From a virus, in IMG/VR virus record IMGVR_UViG_3300012209_000006, positions 16,493 to 80,492 of that record: a stretch of DNA of 64,000 nucleotides. One strand, 5' to 3'. Numbering within the stretch: position 1 is the first letter of the stretch; each line of letters starts with the position of its first letter. Positions 33,856-43,299 of this stretch are shown in pieces. A program made the translations under genes and the position numbers. The notes under the pieces are model-generated. The model did no database searches, had not been told where the DNA came from, and saw only the letters and a list, made by a program, of their open reading frames with translations.

Positions 33856-36582
33856 ATGAGCAACCCCTTCACAGGACCGATTCCTCCTATCGCGCTCCCG
33901 GAAAACGTGCATAAAGTCTGGTTGTTTACTCAGAACGCGGACGGCACAATGTCTCCCGGAACTTCTGGCGGCGGTGGGGGAGGCAACGTAAATATAACCG
34001 GAATAAACGGTTCGGCGCCTGCGTTATCGAACCCTCTTGCTGTAGAGTTATCTGACGGATCCAACGCGTTCGGTACTGTTATTAATCCCCTGAGCGTCAA
34101 CGTTCTTTCTGGTGGCGGTTCTAATCCATCAGTAGGAACCACAGGAGCGGCTGCGCCAACGTCTGCTACCGAGATGGGTATCATTGTTGCCGGTCTTTTG
34201 CAGGCCGTATCAGCTGCGAATCCCCTGCCTATTTCTGCGGCTAGCCTTCCTCTTCCTGCGTTGGCTGCAACCTCGACCAAGCAATCGGACGGAAGCCAGA
34301 AAACACAAGTAGTAGATGGTGCAGGAAACGTAATCGGAAGCACTGGTAACGCCCTAGACGTAAATATCAAGACGGGCATTTCCAACCCTTTGCCCGTATC
34401 GGCTACGCAAACCACTTCTCCTTGGGTTGTAGCAGGCAACAGAACAAACAACAACGCGGCTCCCGACGGCGGGAATGCGGGGGTTCTTCCCTCTGTAGCC
34501 AACGCTGCTCCTCCAGCATACACAGAAGGCAATCTTGTTTTACAGTCTGCGGATTTGCAAGGCAGCACGCGCGTTACGCCCTCAGGTTTTCCTCAAATTG
34601 TTCAGAAGACTTCTAACACGTCTACTGGTTCCGTCGCCAGTTTGGCGAAAGCTTTTGCCAGCAATGTTTCTCGTAACTCTACTATTATCGTTGTTTGTGG
34701 TGTAGGAAACGGAACCACACCAACGGTCACCGACTCGGCCGGCAACACATACACGAATGACATCGTTAAGGCCAACGGCGCCGCGTTTAACATGGCAATA
34801 TTCCACGCTATTAGCGCCACGGCCGGAGCAAATACCGTAACTGTAAATAACGGCGGAACAGCTGCATCTATTGCGATGGAGATTTATGAAGTCGCCGGGC
34901 TGCTGACGTTAACCAACGTAGTTTTAGATGGCACGAACGGAAACACAGCAACAAGCGCCACGCCATCTACGAACTCGGCATCCGGCGCGTTAAATACAAC
35001 CTTTCAGCAGACTCCTTATTGTTACGCCTTTGGCGGAATCGGCGTAGGAACCGCCGCGCAAACAATTACTATCACTGCCGGAACACAAGGCTTCGTAAAC
35101 GATTCTGGACAATTGAATCCAACTACTCCTGCTGGATTATTCAGCTTCGCGGCTGCCTCGGCTTTTTGCGCCATACCGCAACCGGTGACATTGGCTGGAA
35201 CGATTACATCAGAGCCTTGGTCGGCTGTCGTAGCTCTTTATAGGCCCGTGACAATGCCAGTCCAAGGCAATGTTCGGATGATGGTCAAATCTGGAACATC
35301 CAGTAGTGTGGTAGATTTTCCTGTAGCTGGTGTAGGAAACGCTACAGACACGCTGAACGTTTCCTTGGTTGCTAGCAATTCTTCCTCCACCGGAGAAAAC
35401 GTAAATATCAGAGCGCAATCGCCGGGCGGTGCAGGAGGAAACGCTATACCTTCTTTTGCTATGGTTGCGGCAACCGGACCCGTAAGCCCAACAGGCACCA
35501 CTAGCTCCGCTGTGATACGCACGCCTAATGTATGGCGTGGTTCTCAGTTTATCGCGGCGGGTCAGAATAATATTTGGGTTCCTCCGGCAACTAAGAAAGT
35601 TCGTTTGATGAATTATCAAATTGAAGTCGGGGAAGATGCTACTTTATCTGGTGGTCCGTTACCGATCAATTTGTCTTTTTGCGAGAAACTTGGAACTTCA
35701 ACAGGTGCGACCTTGGCCTACCCTGGCTTCGGTTATACGCATCGCCTAGTTATTCCTGCCGCAGTATTGGCGACGTCTTATGACGGCTACATTTCTAACT
35801 GGATTAACCTTGGCAATGGTCAGTTATTGACGACCGCGGGTGCCGCTCTCCAGATGGGAATCATGGTTCCGCAGACAACTGGCGCAGTTAATCCTACGTG
35901 GACGATCGCCTCAAATCAATGGGAAGCTGCAACCGTCGGCTTTAAGACGAACGGCAATACTGGTAATTTCAAATTAATTCAGCAAACAAACGCTGTTGCG
36001 TCTGCGGCTTCAGTTGCTCTACCTGCTGTGCAATCTATTTCCGGTAACGCGATCTACGTAATTATCCGCATCACACGCGCGGTTGGTGGCGGCACACCGA
36101 CTGTTGTAGTGACGGATACGGCCGGGAACACATACACCAACTCCGCGTTTACGACCAACGCCACCGACAACGCCAACGGAAGTATAATTTTGATCGCTTC
36201 TTCTACAAACATCGTCGGCAACGCGGCCAACATAGTTACGGTAACGACTTCGGTGAACGCAGCTACTCAGCTTGAAGCCATCTATCTTGAGTACGCCGGC
36301 ATGGGTTCTGTCGGAGTTGATGCCGCTTTGGTTGGTGTAACCGGAAATAGCACGTCGCCTGCGTCAGGTAACTATACACCCGCAACTGCTGGAGACTTAA
36401 TCTTTAGTTTCTTCGGAACTTCGGCTTCCATAGCTTCTCAGCCAACTGTTGGCTCTAACTTTAATATTCGCGGATCCCTGTTCAACGCAACGCAAGGATG
36501 CCTTGCCGTAGCCGATAACTTCGGAAACGGATCTTTAACTACCGGCCTCGTGAACGTTGTGGTAGCTGGAACGGAGGAATAG
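33856..36582 (+). CDS. Large beta-rich virion protein (fibre or decoration)
   Basis: 908 aa Ser/Thr/Gly/Ala/Asn-rich; two copies of a V.VTD.AGNTYT module. Confidence 0.7.
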   Translation: MSNPFTGPIPPIALPENVHKVWLFTQNADGTMSPGTSGGGGGGNVNITGINGSAPALSNPLAVELSDGSNAFGTVINPLSVNVLSGGGSNPSVGTTGAAAPTSATEMGIIVAGLLQAVSAANPLPISAASLPLPALAATSTKQSDGSQKTQVVDGAGNVIGSTGNALDVNIKTGISNPLPVSATQTTSPWVVAGNRTNNNAAPDGGNAGVLPSVANAAPPAYTEGNLVLQSADLQGSTRVTPSGFPQIVQKTSNTSTGSVASLAKAFASNVSRNSTIIVVCGVGNGTTPTVTDSAGNTYTNDIVKANGAAFNMAIFHAISATAGANTVTVNNGGTAASIAMEIYEVAGLLTLTNVVLDGTNGNTATSATPSTNSASGALNTTFQQTPYCYAFGGIGVGTAAQTITITAGTQGFVNDSGQLNPTTPAGLFSFAAASAFCAIPQPVTLAGTITSEPWSAVVALYRPVTMPVQGNVRMMVKSGTSSSVVDFPVAGVGNATDTLNVSLVASNSSSTGENVNIRAQSPGGAGGNAIPSFAMVAATGPVSPTGTTSSAVIRTPNVWRGSQFIAAGQNNIWVPPATKKVRLMNYQIEVGEDATLSGGPLPINLSFCEKLGTSTGATLAYPGFGYTHRLVIPAAVLATSYDGYISNWINLGNGQLLTTAGAALQMGIMVPQTTGAVNPTWTIASNQWEAATVGFKTNGNTGNFKLIQQTNAVASAASVALPAVQSISGNAIYVIIRITRAVGGGTPTVVVTDTAGNTYTNSAFTTNATDNANGSIILIASSTNIVGNAANIVTVTTSVNAATQLEAIYLEYAGMGSVGVDAALVGVTGNSTSPASGNYTPATAGDLIFSFFGTSASIASQPTVGSNFNIRGSLFNATQGCLAVADNFGNGSLTTGLVNVVVAGTEE

Positions 36583-36849
36583 ATGAGTCATGTTTACGTG
36601 GTTTCAAGCGCAACCTATATTCCCGGAGTACCGGGACCCGACCCTCTGGTAACTATTGTAGGAACTGTCGACGGCATTGATGTCATAGTTCAAGTATGGC
36701 TGAGCAGCCTTCAGCAAGCCAAACAACTTGGAGGTCTTACCGCGGTTAAGAATTTAGTAGCGCCGATAATGCTGGCTCAATCAATTGTAAATTCGCCGCC
36801 TACACCGACGGCGCCAGTTGAACTACCAACGGGAACATTCACACAATAA
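36583..36849 (+). CDS. Hypothetical protein
   Basis: Starts directly after upstream stop. Confidence 0.65.
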   Translation: MSHVYVVSSATYIPGVPGPDPLVTIVGTVDGIDVIVQVWLSSLQQAKQLGGLTAVKNLVAPIMLAQSIVNSPPTPTAPVELPTGTFTQ

Positions 36850-36862
36850 GGAAGGAATACCT

Positions 36863-37687
36863 ATGAGCACATACAAAAGCTCTTCGGCACCCGCTTTGTG
36901 CGGAACGTGCAATAAGACAGTTTGTAAGCATTTGTTTCCAGAAAGATTTACAAGTCAAGAAGTCGAGGAAGAGATTATTCCAGAAGTGGTAGAAGAAGAT
37001 TTTATCCTCGAAGAAGAACGCGTAGACGAGCCGGCTCCGTATATCCCTGGAATCAGAGACGCTGTTGCTGTAGCTCCTCAACCTAAAGGTCCTTCTATTG
37101 TTTACGGCCCCAAAGGCGACAAAGGAAATACTGGTGCTCCTGGTCCACGTGGTTTAGTGGGTCCTACAGGTCCCCGCGGCGAACGCGGAGAGCGTGGTCA
37201 ACAAGGTGAACCCGGTCTTTCTAATATCCCAGGCCCTCAAGGTCCGACAGGTTTTACCGGCCCCAAAGGCGAGAAGGGGGAGAAAGGAGATACAGGGCCC
37301 AAAGGTGAGACTGGTTCGACCGGTCCCCATGGGTTACAAGGTCTTTCAGGGCGAGACGGTTTCAACGGCGAAAAAGGCGATCCTGGCCCCAAAGGCGAGA
37401 AAGGCGATCGTGGAGAACAAGGTCTTAGAGGTTTTCAAGGCGACCCAGGAAGAGATGGTCGCAACGGCGTAGACGGCAAAGACGGAAAGACGGGAGCTCC
37501 CGGACGCGACGGCATAAACGGTCGAGACGGAGAACGAGGCTCGACTGGTCCGCAAGGTGAGATAGGGCCTCAAGGCCCTACAGGAGTCAGGGGGCCGGCG
37601 GGCCCGATCGACGCCGCTATCGACGCGGCTGTCAAGGCTTCAATCACAGCAGTGCTTCAAGTATTGAAAGAAAAAGGAATTGTTTAG
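36863..37687 (+). CDS. Collagen-like (Gly-X-Y) protein
   Basis: About 12 plus 42 Gly-X-Y triplets counted by hand; N-terminal CGTC...CKH; helical C-terminus. Confidence 0.88.
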   Translation: MSTYKSSSAPALCGTCNKTVCKHLFPERFTSQEVEEEIIPEVVEEDFILEEERVDEPAPYIPGIRDAVAVAPQPKGPSIVYGPKGDKGNTGAPGPRGLVGPTGPRGERGERGQQGEPGLSNIPGPQGPTGFTGPKGEKGEKGDTGPKGETGSTGPHGLQGLSGRDGFNGEKGDPGPKGEKGDRGEQGLRGFQGDPGRDGRNGVDGKDGKTGAPGRDGINGRDGERGSTGPQGEIGPQGPTGVRGPAGPIDAAIDAAVKASITAVLQVLKEKGIV

Positions 37688-37771
37688 AAGTAAACACCGA
37701 ACAGAGGATCCCGCAAGGGAACGGTGCAGCGTACGGTAATGCTCTGGACTGAGCCGTTCGCGGAGAGCAAC

Positions 37772-38521
37772 ATGAAATTTCTTCGCGCATTATTGCTGAC
37801 ATCTCTTTTCGTTTTAGGGGTGCAACCCTCCGTAGCAGCAAACAAAAAGCATCAAAAAGCAGAGACCGCGACTTTCTTATTATATGGACGTTCGGCATCC
37901 GCCAACAGAGATCATGTTCCTATTTGCACGGCTTTTGTTTATAAGAAAGTTTCCGATGGTTACAATTTGCTGACTGCCGGGCACTGCTTCGTGAATACGG
38001 GAGCGCCGGCAGACGTTCAATACTTCGTAGTGCCTGGGCAAGTGGTAGACGGCTCGTACAAAGGCGAAGACGTTGAGGTTTTAGGCGCGGTGGATGATGG
38101 CAAAATGGACGTTGCTGAACTTCATCTGAAAACTAATAAAAAGTATTCCGTACTTGAGCTGGACAACAAACTTCCTAAGATTGATGATAAAGTTTTCTTC
38201 GTCGGATATCCTGCCGTAGTCTCCCAGGTAGTTATGACCGGTCGAGTTGAAAGCGAAGTACTTCGAAGCAACGGTCCTCGCAATGATTGTGGTATTTGCG
38301 AAGGTCGAATCCTGGTACAAATAGGCGGGGCGGGTGGGGCCAGCGGTTCTCCCGTTATCAGCGAGAAGACAGGAAAAGTAGTTGGCATTCTAGAGGGTCA
38401 CGCTTTCGAAAACGGTGTTTTAATTGTCCCGGCGTCCGACGTTCATGTATATTTGTTACGAGCCACTTTACCGAAATACGTACCAGTAAAAAACGAATCA
38501 GGCGAGGGGGATCAGCCATGA
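37772..38521 (+). CDS. Secreted trypsin-like serine protease
   Basis: Signal peptide MKFLRALLLTSLFVLGVQPSVAA; triad LTAGHC, DVA, GASGSPV. Confidence 0.85.
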   Translation: MKFLRALLLTSLFVLGVQPSVAANKKHQKAETATFLLYGRSASANRDHVPICTAFVYKKVSDGYNLLTAGHCFVNTGAPADVQYFVVPGQVVDGSYKGEDVEVLGAVDDGKMDVAELHLKTNKKYSVLELDNKLPKIDDKVFFVGYPAVVSQVVMTGRVESEVLRSNGPRNDCGICEGRILVQIGGAGGASGSPVISEKTGKVVGILEGHAFENGVLIVPASDVHVYLLRATLPKYVPVKNESGEGDQP

Positions 38522-38613
38522 TAATGCTGCTTCAATTAGGCTTGTATTTAGTAGTTGGATTTTTGTTTGGACTGGGATTCCACGTCTCAGGTAGATTGAT
38601 CAATCGTAAGTAA
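38518..38613 (+). CDS. Small membrane protein (31 aa)
   Basis: GAGGGGG RBS, ATGA overlap, one hydrophobic helix. Confidence 0.6.
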   Translation: MIMLLQLGLYLVVGFLFGLGFHVSGRLINRK

Positions 38614-38635
38614 AGCTTCCCCAGGAGGGAATCTC

Positions 38636-39370
38636 ATGGCTGATATCGGCAAAGCAAATATCGTTCGCAAAGCTCTTCCGACCAACGTACCTGACCACGT
38701 CAAGCGCAGGCTGATGGGAACATCGGCTGATTCGCGCGCGCCGTGGGAGACATGGCGGCAGGCTGATCCTCTAGCCAACTGCTCTCCGGAGCTCAAGCAA
38801 GAGATCGCTGAATACTCCCAGAAGCATCACGGGAAAACTTCCTCGTCCAATATCGAGGAACTCTGTCGGCAGAAAGAAATGTCGAAAGAGATGGTGAAGG
38901 AATACAAGTTTTACAATCAGGATGAACTGACGCGCGACGACGCAACGAGAAAGGGTCGCACTCTTCATTGCCTGGAGTTTTTGAAACAGCTGGAGACCAT
39001 TCGGCCGGCGTATCTGTCGGCGAACATCCAGAAAGGTCTGACCGGTCTGGCTGTCTATCACCCAAAAGATGTTGTGGGCGAAGACGGCGTGGCTCGGCGC
39101 GTTGACTGGCATTACGTTTGCGGCGTCCAAGTCGGATACATGTACGAATACTCCGTGCTCTATGTCGACGACAAAGGCCTGCCCCTGAACGAGAAGTGGC
39201 GCGGGTGGAGAACCGTTCTTCTCAGGTTGATTCAATTAGGTCATGTAACGGAAGAGCAAGCCCTCAGGGTTTTCGGTGAGCCGACCCCCGCGGGAGCCAA
39301 GCGGTATTTGGAGCAACTCTACTTCTGGCGCAATCGCAACCGCGATGCTGGAGACAAAAAGGACGAGTAA
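38636..39370 (+). CDS. Hypothetical phage protein
   Basis: 244 aa, GGAGG RBS. Confidence 0.75.
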   Translation: MADIGKANIVRKALPTNVPDHVKRRLMGTSADSRAPWETWRQADPLANCSPELKQEIAEYSQKHHGKTSSSNIEELCRQKEMSKEMVKEYKFYNQDELTRDDATRKGRTLHCLEFLKQLETIRPAYLSANIQKGLTGLAVYHPKDVVGEDGVARRVDWHYVCGVQVGYMYEYSVLYVDDKGLPLNEKWRGWRTVLLRLIQLGHVTEEQALRVFGEPTPAGAKRYLEQLYFWRNRNRDAGDKKDE

Positions 39371-39372
39371 TC

Positions 39373-39645
39373 GTGGCTAAACTCACTACAAACAGCGGCA
39401 CAGTCAACTATCCGGCCAGCCATCAGTTGGGGATGAAAGTTCCCAAGGGCGGCGCAAGCTGTGCGTCTTGTAAATTCGTGAGTCAGGATTTGCTTAAGTG
39501 TGCGAACAGGCAGTTCGTCGTTTGGAACGGATCAAAATTCCTTCCGCAGAAAGCCGACGAATATTGTTGTGACCTGTACAAGATTAAACCAGCGGCGAAA
39601 GCCTCCGGCCCTATGTCCGCAGTATTGGCAGAACGCAAAGGATAA
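39373..39645 (+). CDS. Cys-rich hypothetical protein
   Basis: CASCKF...C...YCC pattern. Confidence 0.65.
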   Translation: MAKLTTNSGTVNYPASHQLGMKVPKGGASCASCKFVSQDLLKCANRQFVVWNGSKFLPQKADEYCCDLYKIKPAAKASGPMSAVLAERKG

Positions 39646-39651
39646 ATTTGT

Positions 39652-39984
39652 ATGTCATTTAAATCTGTTCAAAAGAAGATCGCAAGCCAAGGCCACAGCA
39701 TGGAAAGTGCTGGAGCCATTCTGGCTAGCGCATCCCGCCACGCCAGCGCTGCCGCCAAACGCGCCAACCCCAAACTGAAAAGGGTGAAGGGCAAGATGCA
39801 TGAAGGCGGATTGATCGAAGAGTCCGGCACTTACGAGATGGAAAAAGGCGAAGTAGTTGTTCCGGCCAAGGGACATGCCTACGAGCACCAGAACGTCGAA
39901 GCAATGCCCAACGGGCCCGAGGCACCATGTGCCGGACACTGGGAGATCGATGGCGGCTCCGTTAAGTTTGTCAAGAGCGAATAA
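39652..39984 (+). CDS. Hypothetical protein with basic N-terminus
   Basis: HEGGLI...EKGEVVVPA motif shared with 22271..22975. Confidence 0.7.
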   Translation: MSFKSVQKKIASQGHSMESAGAILASASRHASAAAKRANPKLKRVKGKMHEGGLIEESGTYEMEKGEVVVPAKGHAYEHQNVEAMPNGPEAPCAGHWEIDGGSVKFVKSE

Positions 39985-40094
39985 TGTACACACGATTTCA
40001 AGAATGGTTGGAACGTCATCCTGCGATAGCTAACGTGCTTGGGTTTCCCCTTCTGATTTTGGGATTGATCTTAGATTCGATCAGGAACAAATAA
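39984..40094 (+). CDS. Small membrane protein (36 aa), not in track
   Basis: TAATG start; MYTRFQEWLERHPAIANVLGFPLLILGLILDSIRNK. Confidence 0.6.
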   Translation: MYTRFQEWLERHPAIANVLGFPLLILGLILDSIRNK

Positions 40095-40100
40095 AGGAGA

Positions 40101-40460
40101 ATGCCGATGTTTGATCCACGAACTCTTCCCGGTGGAGATTTTTATTTCAACTTGGCATGCATGCTATGGTATGCAGCTATGGCGATCGATTGCGTTATAA
40201 CTCGATGGGCACTCTGGTATTACGGCGGCCAAGAAAGAAATAAGATCATGCGGTGGTTCACCGACAAAAATCATATATTCAGAACATTTCTTGATGGCGC
40301 CGTTCTTAGGCCGGCGATCATGTTTAGTTTCTTGTCCATATGTCAATGGGGCGGATTTGTGGATAAGGCTCATTCTTATCTGCCTTTCGTGTTGGCAGCA
40401 GCTACTTCTTATTTTCCCATAAAGAATTACTTGGCTATTCGAAAAGCCAGAAAGAAATAA
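40101..40460 (+). CDS. Multi-pass membrane protein
   Basis: AAGGAG RBS; three hydrophobic segments; D..IT...L..GG.E.N pattern. Confidence 0.7.
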   Translation: MPMFDPRTLPGGDFYFNLACMLWYAAMAIDCVITRWALWYYGGQERNKIMRWFTDKNHIFRTFLDGAVLRPAIMFSFLSICQWGGFVDKAHSYLPFVLAAATSYFPIKNYLAIRKARKK

Positions 40461-40464
40461 AATT

Positions 40465-40540
40465 TGGAGCGTGGTCCAATCGGTAGGACGCCTCACTGTT
40501 AATGAGGACGGTGAAGGTTCGAGTCCTTCCGCTCCAGCCA
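40465..40540 (+). tRNA. trnN: tRNA-Asn(GTT)
   Basis: 76 nt; acceptor TGGAGCG/CGCTCCA plus GCCA; anticodon arm CCTCA-CTGTTAA-TGAGG; T loop GGTTCGAGTCC. Confidence 0.95.
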
Positions 40541-40562
40541 AAATTTGGAGGATCGTTCAACA

Positions 40563-40658
40563 ATGTCAACGTTTAAGAAAGTCGCAAAAATCCTGATTAC
40601 GATTCTCGTAGTGGCCGGAGTGATCGCCACAGTCATCGCAAAACTATCAGGTCAATAA
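40563..40658 (+). CDS. Small membrane protein (31 aa), not in track
   Basis: MSTFKKVAKILITILVVAGVIATVIAKLSGQ; GGAGG upstream. Confidence 0.55.
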   Translation: MSTFKKVAKILITILVVAGVIATVIAKLSGQ

Positions 40659-40743
40659 AGTTCGCTTGCAGTCGCGCCGCTGTCCTACTTAACGGGGGCT
40701 TTCGGGACAAACGGATGGACCGCAGGGGTAAGCTCCCACAAAT

Positions 40744-40825
40744 TTTGATATACAAAAGTATATCAAAGACGCCGAACGATATGTCTTTACATATCGACGC
40801 AACGTCACCAGCACGTACGCGTGCT
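40744..40825. repeat. Three consecutive perfect inverted repeats
   Basis: TTTGATATAC/GTATATCAAA, CGATATGT/ACATATCG, AGCACG-TACG-CGTGCT. Confidence 0.8.
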
Positions 40826-40838
40826 AAGGAGAAACACA

Positions 40839-41492
40839 ATGAGCAGCAAAGTTATTGATCCCAATAAGAAAGTAGAAGCGGAATCGAATGATGGCGGACT
40901 CTCCGAGATCCCCGAAACGAAATCCGTCGAAGAGCTCGTTCCTGCAAAGGCGCGGCTCAAATCGCAGGCCGAGATCGACACAGAAATGACCTTGATCCGT
41001 CTGGAGACCGAGAAGCTTCGGCTCGAGAAGGAAAAGCTCGAACTCGAAAAATTGCGCAATGATGTCCTTGAGATCCGGCAGCAGCAAGAACAAGCCAGGG
41101 TTTCTCGAGATACCGTACAGGAATCTCTCGACTTCGCGCGTGAGAAGCGAATCTCTGATGAAACGCTCTGCACGCACATGAAGGGTGGCGACTCCGGTTC
41201 AATGATGAACGGTGGTCCTGCCCAGGGCAACGACGCGTCGAACTACGCCATGTTCCAACACACGCTGACCACGGGAGTCACCTTCCGTTTGTGTTCGCGC
41301 TGCGGAAAAACGTGGTTCCCCAAGGATCCAGATTACCGTTGGGCGATGTCTCGTCCGACTAGAAACAGCCCGAGCTCAGGCAGTCCGTCGCCTGGGCTGG
41401 TTAAGAATCCTAAATTCGTCCGTGTGGTGTCGGAAGTTCCTCATCGCGCGCGGCCAGTTCAGGAATACAACTACGAACAAGGGCAAGAGTAA
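40839..41492 (+). CDS. Coiled-coil plus Cys/His hypothetical protein
   Basis: AAGGAG RBS; heptad region, then CTH and CSRC motifs. Confidence 0.7.
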   Translation: MSSKVIDPNKKVEAESNDGGLSEIPETKSVEELVPAKARLKSQAEIDTEMTLIRLETEKLRLEKEKLELEKLRNDVLEIRQQQEQARVSRDTVQESLDFAREKRISDETLCTHMKGGDSGSMMNGGPAQGNDASNYAMFQHTLTTGVTFRLCSRCGKTWFPKDPDYRWAMSRPTRNSPSSGSPSPGLVKNPKFVRVVSEVPHRARPVQEYNYEQGQE

Positions 41493-41502
41493 TTGCTTTA
41501 AA

Positions 41503-41531
41503 TTTGGGGAGGCCTTGTAAACCTCCCCAAA
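41503..41531 (+). terminator. Terminator-like hairpin
   Basis: Perfect 10-bp stem TTTGGGGAGG/CCTCCCCAAA; weak T tract. Confidence 0.55.
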
Positions 41532-41558
41532 TAATTTCAGTAATCTTAGGAAATAACG

Positions 41559-42617
41559 ATGGGAAATTCCACGACAAAATTGCAAGCGATCGTCGATTTT
41601 ACGAGAACGTATCCGGATCTTTCCCCGGTTCTTTCTTCCGGAGGTTTCAGTTTGGAGCCGGCGTTAACAATCGCTAATGACGTCATGATCGCGATGCTTT
41701 CCCGGCCATTCAATTGGAAGTGGAATCGCACCCGCGTCCCTGTTTTCTACACGAATTCCTGGCAGCAAGACTACGCGTCGCTGACAGTCAATAATCTTTC
41801 CTGGCTCGAGTACGCCATCCTTATCGACATCAATTCGACCTCTGAGCCCAAAGACAAGTATCCTCTCGAAACAAACCGTGATCTGCCCGAAGCCTCCGTT
41901 CAATACGGCCGGCCGGGACAAGTCTGCTGGCTGCCCAACGATCAGCTTATCTATGGCACTTGGGGCGGTTTGAACACTGGCGAGGGCTCTCAGCTCAACC
42001 CAGGTCCTGGAAGCGTCTACGGAGCTCTCCTGGGCGTTGTAGCCCAACCTAAGAACCCGTTACTACAGGTTCAGGATCCCAACGGGAATTTATGGGTTCT
42101 GTCAAATGCCCTGACTACCGGAGCAGTTCTAGGCAACACGCAGCCTGTGTGGCCCACCAACCCTGTATTCCCAACACCCACGAATCCCAATCAAGTCGCG
42201 ACTACGGTCACAGACGGCACCGGCATCTGGACCGCCGTCAACCCCAAAGGACAAGGCCTGCGCCTCAATCCTATCCCCTCACAGCAAGGAAAAGTTTGGC
42301 AAGCCCGCGTGTTCGGGCAGATGCGCGCCCCGATGTTCACTTCTTTGAGCCAAACGATCGAACCGATTCCTGACGACTATGCCGCGTATTTCCGCCGCGG
42401 GTTCGTCGCCTATTCTTACATGCACTCGAAGGACAAACAGATCCGCGCGAAGTTCCAAGATCAGCAAGCTCTCTGGGTCGCGTCTTTGCAGAACGCAATT
42501 CAGTCCGGCGATCGCGAGCGCGACAATACCGGACTTTATCCAACCGATGCTATTATGCCGGCGCCCGGCAGCACGTACTTGGGCCCCGCAAATCCGTTTT
42601 ACCCAGGCGGCTACTGA
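41559..42617 (+). CDS. Head-tail adaptor-like virion protein
   Basis: AN..M..ML..PFNWKWN...QQDY N-terminus, similar to that of 43300..44238; position before tail genes. Confidence 0.55.
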   Translation: MGNSTTKLQAIVDFTRTYPDLSPVLSSGGFSLEPALTIANDVMIAMLSRPFNWKWNRTRVPVFYTNSWQQDYASLTVNNLSWLEYAILIDINSTSEPKDKYPLETNRDLPEASVQYGRPGQVCWLPNDQLIYGTWGGLNTGEGSQLNPGPGSVYGALLGVVAQPKNPLLQVQDPNGNLWVLSNALTTGAVLGNTQPVWPTNPVFPTPTNPNQVATTVTDGTGIWTAVNPKGQGLRLNPIPSQQGKVWQARVFGQMRAPMFTSLSQTIEPIPDDYAAYFRRGFVAYSYMHSKDKQIRAKFQDQQALWVASLQNAIQSGDRERDNTGLYPTDAIMPAPGSTYLGPANPFYPGGY

Positions 42618-42672
42618 TGTATAATGCCGGATGGGAAAATAGATTCCTAAAAACGGTTGCGTGGGGATAACA

Positions 42673-43290
42673 ATGCGTCGTCCACTTATTTATCTTGTCC
42701 GACATGGCTCCACAACTGATTCACACCTCAAAATCTTTCGAGGCCAGCGCGACTCCGCGTTGGATAAGAAGGGTTTCATCGACGCACATAACCTTCGAGA
42801 GTTTTTCGAGAAAAGAGAATGGCATCGAATTTTCTGCTCTGTCATGACCCGTGCCATTCAAACTGCTACGATCATCTGCGATGATCAGGCTGATTACCAG
42901 CCCGAGACCGTGGAAGGTCTCGAGCCTTGGAACATTGGAGCACTTACCGGTCTTCCCAAGAACGAAGAGAACATAAAGAAAATAGAATACTTCGATGAGC
43001 ATATAACTGAAGCTCCCGAAGGCGGCGAATCGATCGAGCAGTTTCAAGAACGAATCTGGCCGTTGTTGGCAGAATTCATAGAGTTGGGCTGGAAGCAAGG
43101 AATTCCTTGCATCGTTATCGCCCACTCTTCGATCATTCACTCCTTGAATCACCTTCTAGAAGGCAGAGACCACGACGAGATGGCTGTTAAGCCCGGCGGT
43201 GTCATAGAAGTTTATATGGAAGACGGCGAGATAAAACATAGGCCAATATTCAAGGCCGGACTCGACGATTCGTCCTTCCAGAAATCATAA
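42673..43290 (+). CDS. Histidine phosphatase (phosphoglycerate mutase-like)
   Basis: LVRHG, RAIQTA, PEGGES, IAHS motifs; TATAAT at 42620-42625. Confidence 0.88.
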   Translation: MRRPLIYLVRHGSTTDSHLKIFRGQRDSALDKKGFIDAHNLREFFEKREWHRIFCSVMTRAIQTATIICDDQADYQPETVEGLEPWNIGALTGLPKNEENIKKIEYFDEHITEAPEGGESIEQFQERIWPLLAEFIELGWKQGIPCIVIAHSSIIHSLNHLLEGRDHDEMAVKPGGVIEVYMEDGEIKHRPIFKAGLDDSSFQKS

Positions 43291-43299
43291 GGACATATC

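Noticed and set aside
37690-37770. Glycine riboswitch (AACACCGAA, CTCTGGA, GGAGAGC)
   Set aside because: Elements are in the wrong order and the aptamer cannot be folded; kept only as a generic structured leader.
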